From an uncultured cyanobacterium (GTDB taxonomy: Bacteria > Cyanobacteriota > Cyanobacteriia > PCC-9006 > JAAUQQ01), in contig OY970368.1 in assembly GCA_963718615.1 (NCBI GenBank), positions 2,720,001 to 2,784,000 of the forward strand: a stretch of 64,000 bases of DNA, given 5' to 3'. Shown here one piece after another: positions 9,297-18,828 of the stretch. Position 1 is the first letter of the stretch; the number at the start of each line of letters is the position of its first letter. The position numbers were made by a program, and so were the translations under genes. The notes beneath the pieces are model-generated. The model was not told where the DNA came from. It ran no database searches and saw only the letters and a list, made by a program, of their open reading frames with translations.

Positions 9297-12200
9297 ATGT
9301 CTACACTTCGCTTTGAAGCAGAAGATCTCAAGCTTTCTACGTTTCGTGTCGAAGAAAATAGTTTTGCCTCTGGCGGAGAACTTATTAGCCTTCTCAAGGG
9401 TGCAGCAGGTGAACAGGGAAAAGCCTTACTCACGCTGGATTTTGATGGAACCTACGATGTTTTCTTAGGATATTACGACGAAAGCAGCGGCAAGGGTCAA
9501 ATGGGAGTAAAGCTCGATGGTCAAACCCTGGACTATTGGGTACTCAACAAAAATTTGGGATTGGGCACAACGGAGCAAACCTTTCTACGCCGACAAATCC
9601 TAACCGCCCAAGCACTATCCGCAGGTCAGACGTTTGAAATTCGGGCGCTTGAAAAAGATAACGAACCTATTCGGTTTGACTACATTGAATTTGTTTCAGT
9701 AGATCAACCCGAACCGACACCAACCCCAACCCCAGCTCCAACCCCAAATCCCCAACCGATCCCAACTCCCGAACCGACGCCGACTCCTACACCAACGCCT
9801 GAACCATCCCCAACCCCAATAGCAACTATCCCGGTTCGGCTGGAAGTAGAACAGATGGCACTGTCGGGGTACAGTGTCGAATCCCATCCGATCGCCTCTG
9901 GCAATAAAATGGTCAGCCTCAAGGGCCAAACGGCAGGCGCGATTGGAATTGCTCGTCAAACGCTTGATTTCTCAGGAACCTATGATATTTATCTAGGTTT
10001 CTTTGATGAAAATGATGGCCAATCAACCTTCACGCTCAAACTAGGCAATCAGGAAATTGGTTCCGTCTTGCTTGATCAAGACTTTGGTACCGATTGGGTC
10101 AATGCAAATAATCAAGTCCGTCGCCAAGTTGCAACCGGACAAATCATTAACGCAGGCACTGTCCTTGAAATCTTGGGTACGCTCAACGAAGGAGAATATG
10201 CCAGGGCAGATTACATTGAATTTATCCCAGTTGCTGGAGGAATGACCCCAGAGCCCACGCCAGAACCAGAACCAACGCCCGTTCCTGAGCCCACGCCCAC
10301 GCCAGAACCGGAGCCGACGCCCGTTCCTGTGACTTTAAACCCAATTCGATTTGAGGCCGAAGACTTAACGCTTAGTACCTACCGTGCACAATCGTTAGGC
10401 GTGGGCTCTGAGGGGAAAATCATTAGTTTTACGGGAGGAGCAGCGAATGAGCGAGGCACAGCCAAGACAACCCTTACCTTGGATGGTGTTTACGATATCT
10501 TTTTGGGCTATTTTGACGAAGCCGATGGCAAAGCCCAGATGTCTGTTTCGCTCAATGGCAGTAAGCTCAAGTATTGGTCCTTAAACCAAAAACTTAGCGG
10601 CGATGAGCCTAACTCGGGCAACTTTATTCGGCGGCAGTTGGCAGATGCCTCTGTCATTACGCCAGGTACGGCACTAGAAATTTTTGGCTTAGAAAATGAG
10701 GGTGACAGCGCCGCTGTAGACTACATCGAATTTGTCCCCGTAGATTTGTCAACCCGTCCTGGTCGGTTGGCTCTTAGTCAGACAAGCTACATTGCCAATG
10801 AAAATGGCAGTGCCCAGATTACGATTGATCGAATTGCAGGAACCGGCGGAACCGTTAGCGCAACGCTTGAGCTCACAGGCGATACCGCGACTGCGGGGGT
10901 GGACTTTGTGGCTAATCCCATTGCCATTACCTTTGCTGATGGCGAAACTCGCAAAACTGTTAATCTACCTTTGATCAATGACAATCTTGCAGAGTTTGCT
11001 GAGCGCATTCAGTTAAAGCTGGTTAGTCCTACTGGAGGTGCAACTCTAGATGCACAATCAACCGCAACCTTTACAATTGTCGATGATGAAGAAAATCTAG
11101 AGCCCAGACTCTATATCGATAGCGCTAAAATTGCTGAAATTAAGGCTGCCATCCAAGTCGATGGTTCTCACCATCAGCAAGCCTTCGCAGCAATGAAAGC
11201 ACGGGTAGATCAAAATGATTGGCGGATTTATGACGAGAATCTGAGCGATAATAATAACAATTATGCTCGCACTTGGTTAGCACGGGAAGCCTCTTTTCTA
11301 TATCAAATCACCAACGATCCAAGCTACGCCCAAATTGCCTTCCAAGCCCTCGAAGCAGTTTATACGAATCCCGACTTTGACAATGTCAATCTCCAGTCCG
11401 ATAAAGGTTTGACGCGGGCGATGGTGGGGTTGGGATTTGCGATCGCCTACGACTGGGCCGCCAAGGGTTGGACACCGGAGCAACGGGCTTGGGTGAAGGG
11501 CAAAATCATTGAGGGATTAGATACCTGGCCCAGCTTTAGTCACCCCAACGTGCGGCCTCCGTACCATTCCAATTGGGTCGCTGTGACACGGGGGGCTGAG
11601 CTGGTGATGATGCTGGCCGTGGAAGAAGAAACCAATCGAGCCGATCGCTACACCAACATCAAAAGCGATCTGGAGCAACACATTCTGAATGGCTATGGGG
11701 AGTATGGCTATAACCAAGAGGGCAATGGCTATTTGACCTATGGCGGTAGCATTCTAGCCACAGCGGTCAATGCTTTGCGCAGCGTCGGCGATCAAAGCCT
11801 AGACTCGGCTTTTAACGCTAAAGAGTTTTGGAAACTGCCGCTCTACGGTTCGGTTTATAATGCTGAGCAAGATTCCGTCCAGTATGGCGTTGGCAATGTG
11901 CGATTCAATGCCGAAGGGTGGACAAGCCTTTTGTTTGCGGATGTGCCCGCTGACCAATTGCCCTACTATCAGTTTGCCTACGACTTGGCTCGTGGGGTCA
12001 ATAATCCAGCGGATCCCAGCCAAAAATTTGAGGACAAACGAGCTGCGACGACCTGGGCTTTGATCTACTATCCCACCGACAGCACTCCGGTTGACCCTGA
12101 TAACGGTAACTTGAGTCCGCTGTTGGCTAGTGAAGACCAAGGGGGATATTTTTTCCGCAATCGTTGGCAGGATGAGAATGACACCATTATTTCAGTTTTG

Positions 12201-13016
12201 GGCGACTACACAGCGAAGCCCAATGCTTGGGATCAGCCAGAGGTGTTTAATTTGGGTTTGATTGCCAATGGCGATCGCTTTATCGCAGGCCCTTACAAAG
12301 AAACCGAGGCCAAGTACTTTAGCTCCCTGTTGGTCGATGACAAGGTTGGACGCCCTCAAGATACGGGCAAACCAGTTTTTCAACAGGCCTATGAAGACGG
12401 GGGCTACGTCATCGTTGATGGGGGAACTGCCTATAAAAATTTGGGGGTCAACAGTGCTCAGCGACATGTCCTTGTCGATTTTGAAGCGGATGGAACTACC
12501 CTATTTTCAACGCTGGATCAAGTTCGAGATGACACGAGCCATCGCTATACCTGGCAAATTAATGTGGGTGAAGCGACCGATGATGGTGGAATTACAGTTA
12601 CAACCGGAAGCGAAGGGGGACTGCAGACCTTTCTGCTGCGCTCGGCAGATGGAGATTATCTCAAAGGGTGGGTACTTCAGCCCAGCAACGCAGTCCTTGA
12701 GGCTGGCGATCCCCTGCGGATTACGGCCACTGGCGTCAATGCCGATCTGTGGGTGGCCATGTTTAGCGGTAGCGGTGAAGCACCGGTTGGCAGCGTCATG
12801 GGCAGCGGGCTCGATGCAATTTTGACGATTAACAATCTGGAGGTTCGCTATGATGAAACCTCGAACCGCATTGTCAGCGAACCGATCCTGGGCAGCAGTA
12901 CCTCCTTCAGCGGGACCTACGGAACTGTGATCCCAGGGGACAACTCAGGACCAAATATAACGGGCTTAGGATCTTCCGACCCTCTACTTGCACCGTCATC
13001 GATCTTGAGTTTCTAG
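9297..13016 (+). CDS. Large modular carbohydrate-active protein: three CBM-like domains with Pro/Thr linkers, Calx-beta domain, and a heparinase II/III- or alginate-lyase-like catalytic region
   Basis: Three repeats of RFEAEDL...YDIFLGYFDE...DYIEFV, PEPTPTP linkers and a Calx-beta motif (ITFADGETRKTV..INDN..E). AIAYDW, SNW and EGNGYLTYG motifs fit alpha/alpha-toroid lyases. Confidence 0.7.
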   Translation: MSTLRFEAEDLKLSTFRVEENSFASGGELISLLKGAAGEQGKALLTLDFDGTYDVFLGYYDESSGKGQMGVKLDGQTLDYWVLNKNLGLGTTEQTFLRRQILTAQALSAGQTFEIRALEKDNEPIRFDYIEFVSVDQPEPTPTPTPAPTPNPQPIPTPEPTPTPTPTPEPSPTPIATIPVRLEVEQMALSGYSVESHPIASGNKMVSLKGQTAGAIGIARQTLDFSGTYDIYLGFFDENDGQSTFTLKLGNQEIGSVLLDQDFGTDWVNANNQVRRQVATGQIINAGTVLEILGTLNEGEYARADYIEFIPVAGGMTPEPTPEPEPTPVPEPTPTPEPEPTPVPVTLNPIRFEAEDLTLSTYRAQSLGVGSEGKIISFTGGAANERGTAKTTLTLDGVYDIFLGYFDEADGKAQMSVSLNGSKLKYWSLNQKLSGDEPNSGNFIRRQLADASVITPGTALEIFGLENEGDSAAVDYIEFVPVDLSTRPGRLALSQTSYIANENGSAQITIDRIAGTGGTVSATLELTGDTATAGVDFVANPIAITFADGETRKTVNLPLINDNLAEFAERIQLKLVSPTGGATLDAQSTATFTIVDDEENLEPRLYIDSAKIAEIKAAIQVDGSHHQQAFAAMKARVDQNDWRIYDENLSDNNNNYARTWLAREASFLYQITNDPSYAQIAFQALEAVYTNPDFDNVNLQSDKGLTRAMVGLGFAIAYDWAAKGWTPEQRAWVKGKIIEGLDTWPSFSHPNVRPPYHSNWVAVTRGAELVMMLAVEEETNRADRYTNIKSDLEQHILNGYGEYGYNQEGNGYLTYGGSILATAVNALRSVGDQSLDSAFNAKEFWKLPLYGSVYNAEQDSVQYGVGNVRFNAEGWTSLLFADVPADQLPYYQFAYDLARGVNNPADPSQKFEDKRAATTWALIYYPTDSTPVDPDNGNLSPLLASEDQGGYFFRNRWQDENDTIISVLGDYTAKPNAWDQPEVFNLGLIANGDRFIAGPYKETEAKYFSSLLVDDKVGRPQDTGKPVFQQAYEDGGYVIVDGGTAYKNLGVNSAQRHVLVDFEADGTTLFSTLDQVRDDTSHRYTWQINVGEATDDGGITVTTGSEGGLQTFLLRSADGDYLKGWVLQPSNAVLEAGDPLRITATGVNADLWVAMFSGSGEAPVGSVMGSGLDAILTINNLEVRYDETSNRIVSEPILGSSTSFSGTYGTVIPGDNSGPNITGLGSSDPLLAPSSILSF

Positions 13017-13127
13017 GGATTGCCCTGATCTCACCCCTAGGCGACTGAAATCGTGAACTGTTGTGGCATCCAGCCCGCGTTACGATTTTAGTCGCCTATA
13101 ATTTAAAGCAGAGATCTCGGTTATTCT

Positions 13128-14501
13128 ATGCTCGTTTCCCCCTCTATCACCCCTTCCTCGCCTCGAACCTATGACATCGCCATCATTGGCGCGGGTGTGT
13201 GTGGTACGGCTTTGCTTTATTGTCTGAGCAACTATACTAATGTGCAAAGTATAGTTTTAATTGAAAAAAACGCTGATGTGGCCCTAGTGAACTCGCAGTG
13301 CACGAGTAATAGTCAAACGCTACACTTTGGTGACATTGAAACCAATTACACATTAGAAAAAGCCGAAACCGTAAATCGTGCGGCGATTCTCGTGAAGACA
13401 TACCTGATTAAGCATGATCCTGAGCATAAAATTCACACAAAGTATCACAAAATGGTGCTGGCCGTGGGACAAGCCCAGGTGGAAAAGGTGCGCGATCGCT
13501 ACCAAGAATTTAAATCCCTTTTTCCTCAATTGCGGCTGATCGATCGCCAGGAAATTGCAGCCATTGAGCCCAAAGTTCTAGAGGGACGAGACCCCAGTGA
13601 AGAGGTTCTGGCTCTGTTTACTGATGAGGGTTACACCATTGATTTCCATCATCTCTCGGAGTCTTTCCTAGAGCGATCCCTGCAAAACAGCTCCAAACAA
13701 ATCGATCTCATGCTGAGCACGCTGGTTCACAAAATTGTAGAGCGCCAGGATGACTACCTGATCGAAACTCCTGAGGGACAGATTCAGGCCAAGACCGTAG
13801 CGGTGATGGCCGGAGCCCATAGTTTGCTCTTTGCCAAGTCCCTAGGGTACGGCAAGAACTACGCTCTACTGAGTGTAGCGGGGAGTTTTTATATTGCGCC
13901 TGAAATCCTTAAGGGAAAAGTCTACACCGTTCAACTCCAAAAATTGCCCTTTGCGGCAATCCATGGCGATCCAGAGGTCCATGATCCTAGCCAGACACGC
14001 TTTGGTCCGACGGCTAAGGTGCTGCCGATGCTGGAGCGGCATAATTATGCAACGGTTTACGAATACTTTAAAACTGCTGGGTTAAGCATTGCTGCATTTC
14101 TAAGCTTCTTCAAGATTCTCGCGGATTGGACTGTTTTCAAATATATTTTCACCAATTTTCTTTACGATTTACCCTGGATTGGCAAACGGTTGTTTATCGA
14201 ACAGGTCAGGCGAATTGTTCCCTCAATTCAACTGAAAGACCTGAGCTTTGCCAAGGGCTATGGCGGTATTCGACCTCAGATTGTCAATCTTAAAACTCGC
14301 TGTCTAGAATTGGGCGAAGCTAAGCTCTGGGGCAAGCGGATTCTGTTTAACATTACCCCTTCTCCAGGGGCATCCACCTGCCTTAAAAATGCTGAAGATG
14401 ATGCAGAACGCTTGGTCTCGTTTTTGGGAGAAGGGTATCAGTTCGATCGCCAACGCTTCCTCAAAGATTTAGGAATTATCGAGCGAGCGGCAAGTCTCTA
14501 A
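13128..14501 (+). CDS. mqo: FAD-dependent oxidoreductase, malate:quinone oxidoreductase of the Helicobacter/Campylobacter type
   Basis: IIGAGVCG FAD motif, NSQTLHFGDIETNYTLEKA, GKVYTVQ..KLPFAAIHGDP and FNITPSPGASTCL. Confidence 0.7.
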   Translation: MLVSPSITPSSPRTYDIAIIGAGVCGTALLYCLSNYTNVQSIVLIEKNADVALVNSQCTSNSQTLHFGDIETNYTLEKAETVNRAAILVKTYLIKHDPEHKIHTKYHKMVLAVGQAQVEKVRDRYQEFKSLFPQLRLIDRQEIAAIEPKVLEGRDPSEEVLALFTDEGYTIDFHHLSESFLERSLQNSSKQIDLMLSTLVHKIVERQDDYLIETPEGQIQAKTVAVMAGAHSLLFAKSLGYGKNYALLSVAGSFYIAPEILKGKVYTVQLQKLPFAAIHGDPEVHDPSQTRFGPTAKVLPMLERHNYATVYEYFKTAGLSIAAFLSFFKILADWTVFKYIFTNFLYDLPWIGKRLFIEQVRRIVPSIQLKDLSFAKGYGGIRPQIVNLKTRCLELGEAKLWGKRILFNITPSPGASTCLKNAEDDAERLVSFLGEGYQFDRQRFLKDLGIIERAASL

Positions 14502-14996
14502 AACATTCTGACTTTCTGAGTCCAAATTCACGATCCGATAGGTGCCCTGCAAACCCAAAGCGCTCTCAAAGGGCAAGATAATTTCAGAAGCTGCCACCTG
14601 GTTGGATAGATAAAGGGGAACACGAAAGTCATTTACTTCACCACTATAGGGATCGGCAACGCTCAAATTCATGCTATTGGAGTCTACATTACCCGTAAAG
14701 CAGCTAAATTCTGAGGCAGGCTGATAAAAACCCCCAACAATTTCTCCGCCATTGACCTGAAAGACCATATACTCATGACCCGGTTTGCCAGCTTCAGGCT
14801 CATCACCAAATAAATAGACCCCGCTGGCAATGGTCGGCTCACCAGGTAGCGGCGATTCAGGTAAAGCGCTCAAACTCAAATTCATTGCCCTAACCTGAGG
14901 CGTTTGGGCAAGCGTGCTTTGGGCCATCGTTCCCACAGCAACAAAGCCTAAAGCCGTTGTGAGTGCAAGAAAGTGGGGGATTTTGGGGGTATTCAT
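14469..14996 (-). CDS. Conserved cyanobacterial hypothetical protein with signal peptide
   Basis: Hydrophobic N-terminus. GVYLFG..PE..K.G.EYMVF and FYQPASEFSCFTG motifs. Confidence 0.7.
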   Translation of the reverse strand: MNTPKIPHFLALTTALGFVAVGTMAQSTLAQTPQVRAMNLSLSALPESPLPGEPTIASGVYLFGDEPEAGKPGHEYMVFQVNGGEIVGGFYQPASEFSCFTGNVDSNSMNLSVADPYSGEVNDFRVPLYLSNQVAASEIILPFESALGLQGTYRIVNLDSESQNVLETCRSLDNS

Positions 14997-15081
14997 GGGG
15001 AAAAATCTCCTTGTTAAATTTGTAAAGCGATGTTTCTGTGCTGGAATCCCTAGGCTAGGATTTATCGGCTGGGATTCCTGC

Positions 15082-15141
15082 CTGGGACCTGTATTCTGGG
15101 ATTTGTACTCTTGGATTTGTACTCTGGGACTTGTATTCTGG
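15082..15141 (+). repeat. Four copies of a 14-bp short tandem repeat (CTGGGAYTTGTAYT)
   Basis: ctgggacctgtatt ctgggatttgtact cttggatttgtact ctgggacttgtatt read directly. Confidence 0.85.
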
Positions 15142-15596
15142 TTAGCTGTTTAGAAGTAGATCACTGACTCAAAATACTTTTCGTCTGAGAACGACGCTTT
15201 TATGCAACGGCGTGTATCTTTTTAGGCGCTTTCCGAGCATTTCCGATATAAATATTTAAGTACAATTGACCCAAAACTCGCATCATCCTTTCGAACGATA
15301 AAAAAGAATCAAGTTTTGTAAGTCTCCATTGTGTTTGGGGGGCGATCGCCACAAAACGCATTGATATTCGAAATAGATCCTTAAGATATTAAGAGATCAG
15401 ACAGCCCGCCCTAATAATGAGGGACCTCAGGCAGATCTTGAGTTCAATCGCTGCATCTACAGATCCCATCATTAGCCCTGCAAAATGCCTTGATCCTCTG
15501 TTCTTCTCCCAGTATTTTTATCCCAGTATTTCTATATCCAGGGCAATCGGATCCGTTCATGCATCTTGCTGGCTCATTTCTCTCTATGTTGCCCCT

Positions 15597-16466
15597 ATGC
15601 CTGGTCGATTTTTAACTGATACCGCGTTGGAAGTTCCAGCCGTGACGGCTGAACAGATGCAAGAAGTGGCTCGTGTAGCTCTTGAAGAAACAGGGCCTAA
15701 TCTGTTTCAGATGACAGAAAGTGCAGGCAGAAGCTTTGCACTGCAAGCACTGGATTGCCTCTCAGCCCTTCGGTCTTCCAGATCCGATTCTCCTTCCCAG
15801 ACACCTCGGTCATCCCAGCCCCACGTCCTGCTCTTAGCAGGCTCTGGAACCAACGGAGCAGGAGGCATTAGCGCAGCTCGGCACCTGCTGAAGCAGCAAA
15901 TTCGCGTGACGCTCTGTCTCGCAAAACCGGATCATCTCAGCGATATCACCCGCTGGCAGTTTTATTTGTTTCAGCAGGCGATCGCCCCTCCCCCTTTCCC
16001 CCCAGCCCCCGGTCCACATTTAGCGATCGTCCCGGATCCTGGCCCATCGTCACCCAGCAGTACTAGCCTCACCCCTGAACAGCTATTTGACCTGGATCCC
16101 CCCGCAGATCTCATCCTAGATGCTCTGATGGGCTATCATCTCACCACCGCCCCGGAAGGTAATTTTCTGCGGTTGATCCGCTGGGCCAACCACAGTCAAA
16201 TTCCTATCCTGTCCTTGGACGTGCCCTCTGGTATAAATTCGACCACGGGCGAAGCCCTAGGGGAAGCGATTCGGGCCAGCTGGACTTTGACCTTATCGCT
16301 GCCCAAGACCGGCCTGCGGCCCGAAAGTACGGGAGCCCTGTTCCTCGCCGACATTGGGATTCCGGCCCGAACCTATGCCTGGAAGAGCCTACGCCTCTCC
16401 TACTGCTCTCCCTTTGGCAGTCGCTACCGAATTCCCCTGGAATTTTACGAGAACCATAACCTGTAA
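15597..16466 (+). CDS. Stand-alone NAD(P)H-hydrate epimerase (YjeF N-terminal) family protein
   Basis: VTAEQMQEV, QMTESAGR, LAGSGTNGAGG, LILDALMGY, LSLDVPSG and LFLADIGIP motifs. ATG 15597 preferred. Confidence 0.85.
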   Translation: MPGRFLTDTALEVPAVTAEQMQEVARVALEETGPNLFQMTESAGRSFALQALDCLSALRSSRSDSPSQTPRSSQPHVLLLAGSGTNGAGGISAARHLLKQQIRVTLCLAKPDHLSDITRWQFYLFQQAIAPPPFPPAPGPHLAIVPDPGPSSPSSTSLTPEQLFDLDPPADLILDALMGYHLTTAPEGNFLRLIRWANHSQIPILSLDVPSGINSTTGEALGEAIRASWTLTLSLPKTGLRPESTGALFLADIGIPARTYAWKSLRLSYCSPFGSRYRIPLEFYENHNL

Positions 16467-16527
16467 AAGTCCTTTAGAGAGGTGACGGAAACAAAATAGA
16501 TCCGTACAATTGGGGTCCTCCCGTTTG

Positions 16528-17997
16528 ATGGTTCTTCCCATGACCTCCTCTCGATTGCTTGAGCTCGCAAAACAAGGCAGCGCCCCAGCGATCGCCACGC
16601 TGCTCAACCAGCAGTTACAGGCTAAGGGAATTTCGGCGATCGCATCTCGCCAAGGTCACTGTTTGCGGCTGCTTCTAGAGGCTGAGACGGAACCTCGGCA
16701 GGGCGCGATGGAGCAATATTTGCAGCATGCGTTTACGAAGCTAGAAGCGCTTTCTATTCAGCAGATTGAGGTTTATGGACGCGCGAAGGGATCCCTCAAA
16801 GGTTGGCAAACGCTGCTCTGTTTAAGCAACGGCTCGTTTGAACCAGCCACGTTCGTTTTTCCGAAGGTCTCATCTCAGTCATTCTCCCGACGAACGTCTC
16901 AATCGGCTCAATCCTCCCCTGCAATTTCGGCTAGAACTTCGGCCAAAACTTCAGTCAGAACCTCGACCCAAACATTACCCCAGCCTGTGGTCAAAACCTC
17001 GCTATCCAAGGGCTGGCGTCAGTCTTTTCCTCAGTTTCGGCGGCCTCGTTTTTTACAGCGACTGCAACCTGCCCCAACACCCACGCCCCAAACCCCTAAG
17101 CCCCCAACGTCCGCGAGCCCTCTTCGTTCTTTCTCCCCCCAAACCCCAATCGCCTTGCCCAAAATCTTGAGCGGTTCGTTTTGGAAAACTCGAACGAGTC
17201 AGATGTATCAGCAAACGATGCAGGTGCTCCATCGGCTTAGTCAGGGTCTACAGGATTGGGTTCTTCAGCCGATTGCTGAGTTTTTGGGTATTTGGTTGCA
17301 GTGGCAAATTGCAACGTTTGCCGCAACGTTAGTCACTGGATTTTTCGCAACGGTGAGTCTAGGGCTGATCTTTTTTGGCATTTTTAGTTTGTTTAATCGG
17401 ATTCCAGAGACGCAAGAATTCTTCCCGGTGCTCATGGGGATGATGACGATGATTCCGATCGCGGGTCTGCTGCTAGGTGATGCGCAAACGCGGCTCTTGC
17501 AACGCTGGCTACGACCCATCGGAGCGTGGCGATGGCTGACGATGGTGGGGTTTATGTTGGGATTTGGGGTGGCGCTGGGGATGCATTTTTTGATTTGCGC
17601 GATCGTTGAACCGCTGTTAACCCGGCCCAATCCAGAGTTTGTGATTGGTGTAAGTTTTGCCTTTATTGCAGTGACGATTGCGGTCGGATTAGGATTTGGG
17701 GTGCTCGGAGCACTGCAATGGTTGCCCCTGCGCGCCAGGGTGCCTCAGGCTTCCCAATGGATGATTATTAATCCCCTGGGGGCGATCGCCAGTTGGATTC
17801 TAGGAATGTTGATCGCGGGTCGTTGGCTGGGGCCGCTTTTGTTGGGCGATCGCGCTTCGGGTTCTAGTTTTTGGTCGACGCTCGGTCTATTTTTTGGAGG
17901 AGGCTTGCTCTCTTGGTTAATTTTTCATCTGATTAGCGGAGTCACGATGGCGCAGCTTTTGCGGCGGTTGCCTCGGCTGGAGGATGAGCGTTTATGA
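16528..17997 (+). CDS. Hypothetical multi-pass membrane protein with a cyanobacterial N-terminal domain
   Basis: N-terminal LAKQG...AIATLLNQQL motif, Ser/Pro-rich linker and about six hydrophobic segments. Start uncertain. Confidence 0.7.
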   Translation: MVLPMTSSRLLELAKQGSAPAIATLLNQQLQAKGISAIASRQGHCLRLLLEAETEPRQGAMEQYLQHAFTKLEALSIQQIEVYGRAKGSLKGWQTLLCLSNGSFEPATFVFPKVSSQSFSRRTSQSAQSSPAISARTSAKTSVRTSTQTLPQPVVKTSLSKGWRQSFPQFRRPRFLQRLQPAPTPTPQTPKPPTSASPLRSFSPQTPIALPKILSGSFWKTRTSQMYQQTMQVLHRLSQGLQDWVLQPIAEFLGIWLQWQIATFAATLVTGFFATVSLGLIFFGIFSLFNRIPETQEFFPVLMGMMTMIPIAGLLLGDAQTRLLQRWLRPIGAWRWLTMVGFMLGFGVALGMHFLICAIVEPLLTRPNPEFVIGVSFAFIAVTIAVGLGFGVLGALQWLPLRARVPQASQWMIINPLGAIASWILGMLIAGRWLGPLLLGDRASGSSFWSTLGLFFGGGLLSWLIFHLISGVTMAQLLRRLPRLEDERL

Positions 17998-18058
17998 TCT
18001 CAACTAAATCAAAATCGGTTGTCAGGGGTTTTGAATTGTTGGGTCACTGAATTCGAGT

Positions 18059-18247
18059 GTGTTGGGGTTTCATCAGGTTTCGGAGCAGGCTCAAGCCCGT
18101 CTGGGGGAGCTGTTGGAGCGCACTCGGGTGGCTCAGTTGACGCCGGGTGAGGTGGCTGAGCTGGATTTGTATGAGCAATTGGACCAGATGATGCGGATGC
18201 TGAAGATGCGGACGTTTGCGATCGCCCCTCAGGCCAAGGTTTCTTGA
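18059..18247 (+). pseudogene. C-terminal fragment of a small antitoxin-like protein
   Basis: SEQAQARLGELLE....LTPGEVAELDLYEQLDQMMRMLK resembles the C-terminal half of a common cyanobacterial small protein. No good start codon. Confidence 0.45.
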
Positions 18248-18573
18248 GTGTTTTCGGTTGGAGGGTGCGATCGCCCGGACTCCAAAATCACCGCTGTCAC
18301 CGCTTCCACTGATTTTGCTTGTAGGGTGGATACAAGACACAGCGCTTTATCAACCAAGCGAGCGGCGTCCTCGTAGCTTTCTTGATTCGGCAAAACCAAT
18401 TGAATCGGCTGACCTTGATCGTCGGTGCCAACGGTTTTGTTGGCTTGGAAAATGCGTAGTCGAGGGTTGGGATGGGAAATTTCGGTCCAGTCGTGCTTGA
18501 GCAGGTAGGCCGCGAAATCAGCGGGCGGGAGAGCCCCGACTTGAGGGGAACTGGTGAGAATTTCGGCGGTCAT
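18229..18573 (-). CDS. Hypothetical protein (typical partner downstream of DUF4365)
   Basis: ATG 18573 overlaps (ATGA) the stop of the upstream remnant. Pattern AAYLLKHDW...LVLP....YED. Confidence 0.6.
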   Translation of the reverse strand: MTAEILTSSPQVGALPPADFAAYLLKHDWTEISHPNPRLRIFQANKTVGTDDQGQPIQLVLPNQESYEDAARLVDKALCLVSTLQAKSVEAVTAVILESGRSHPPTENTQETLA

Positions 18574-18765
18574 GGCCACTCTCCTGTCTTGACTTTCTGC
18601 ATTAAGGCTAGCAAAGATTCTGGGGTTAGGCGTTGTCGGCGATCGATGCGGATGCGAACGGTGCGCCGGTTATCGCTGAGGCTGCCGCTCAAATACTCCC
18701 AGTAGCAGGCTCCGCGTAGCTTCATTACTAGAATATTGGCCGAGTCGAGATTTTGGGACCAGTTT
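18570..18765 (-). pseudogene. C-terminal remnant of a DUF4365-like protein
   Basis: Manual translation ...LRGACYWEYLSGSLSDNRRTVRIRIDRRQRLTPESLLALMQKVKTGEWP* matches the DUF4365 C-terminal pattern. The 5' part is absent. Confidence 0.55.
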
Positions 18766-18828
18766 ATGAAGCATATTTTTCGATGGAATTTCTTAAAGGG
18801 GGGTAACAGATGAGAGTGTTATGGGAGT

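Noticed and set aside
9710-10330. Short repeats in the large carbohydrate-active gene
   Set aside because: Ordinary Pro/Thr/Glu linkers.
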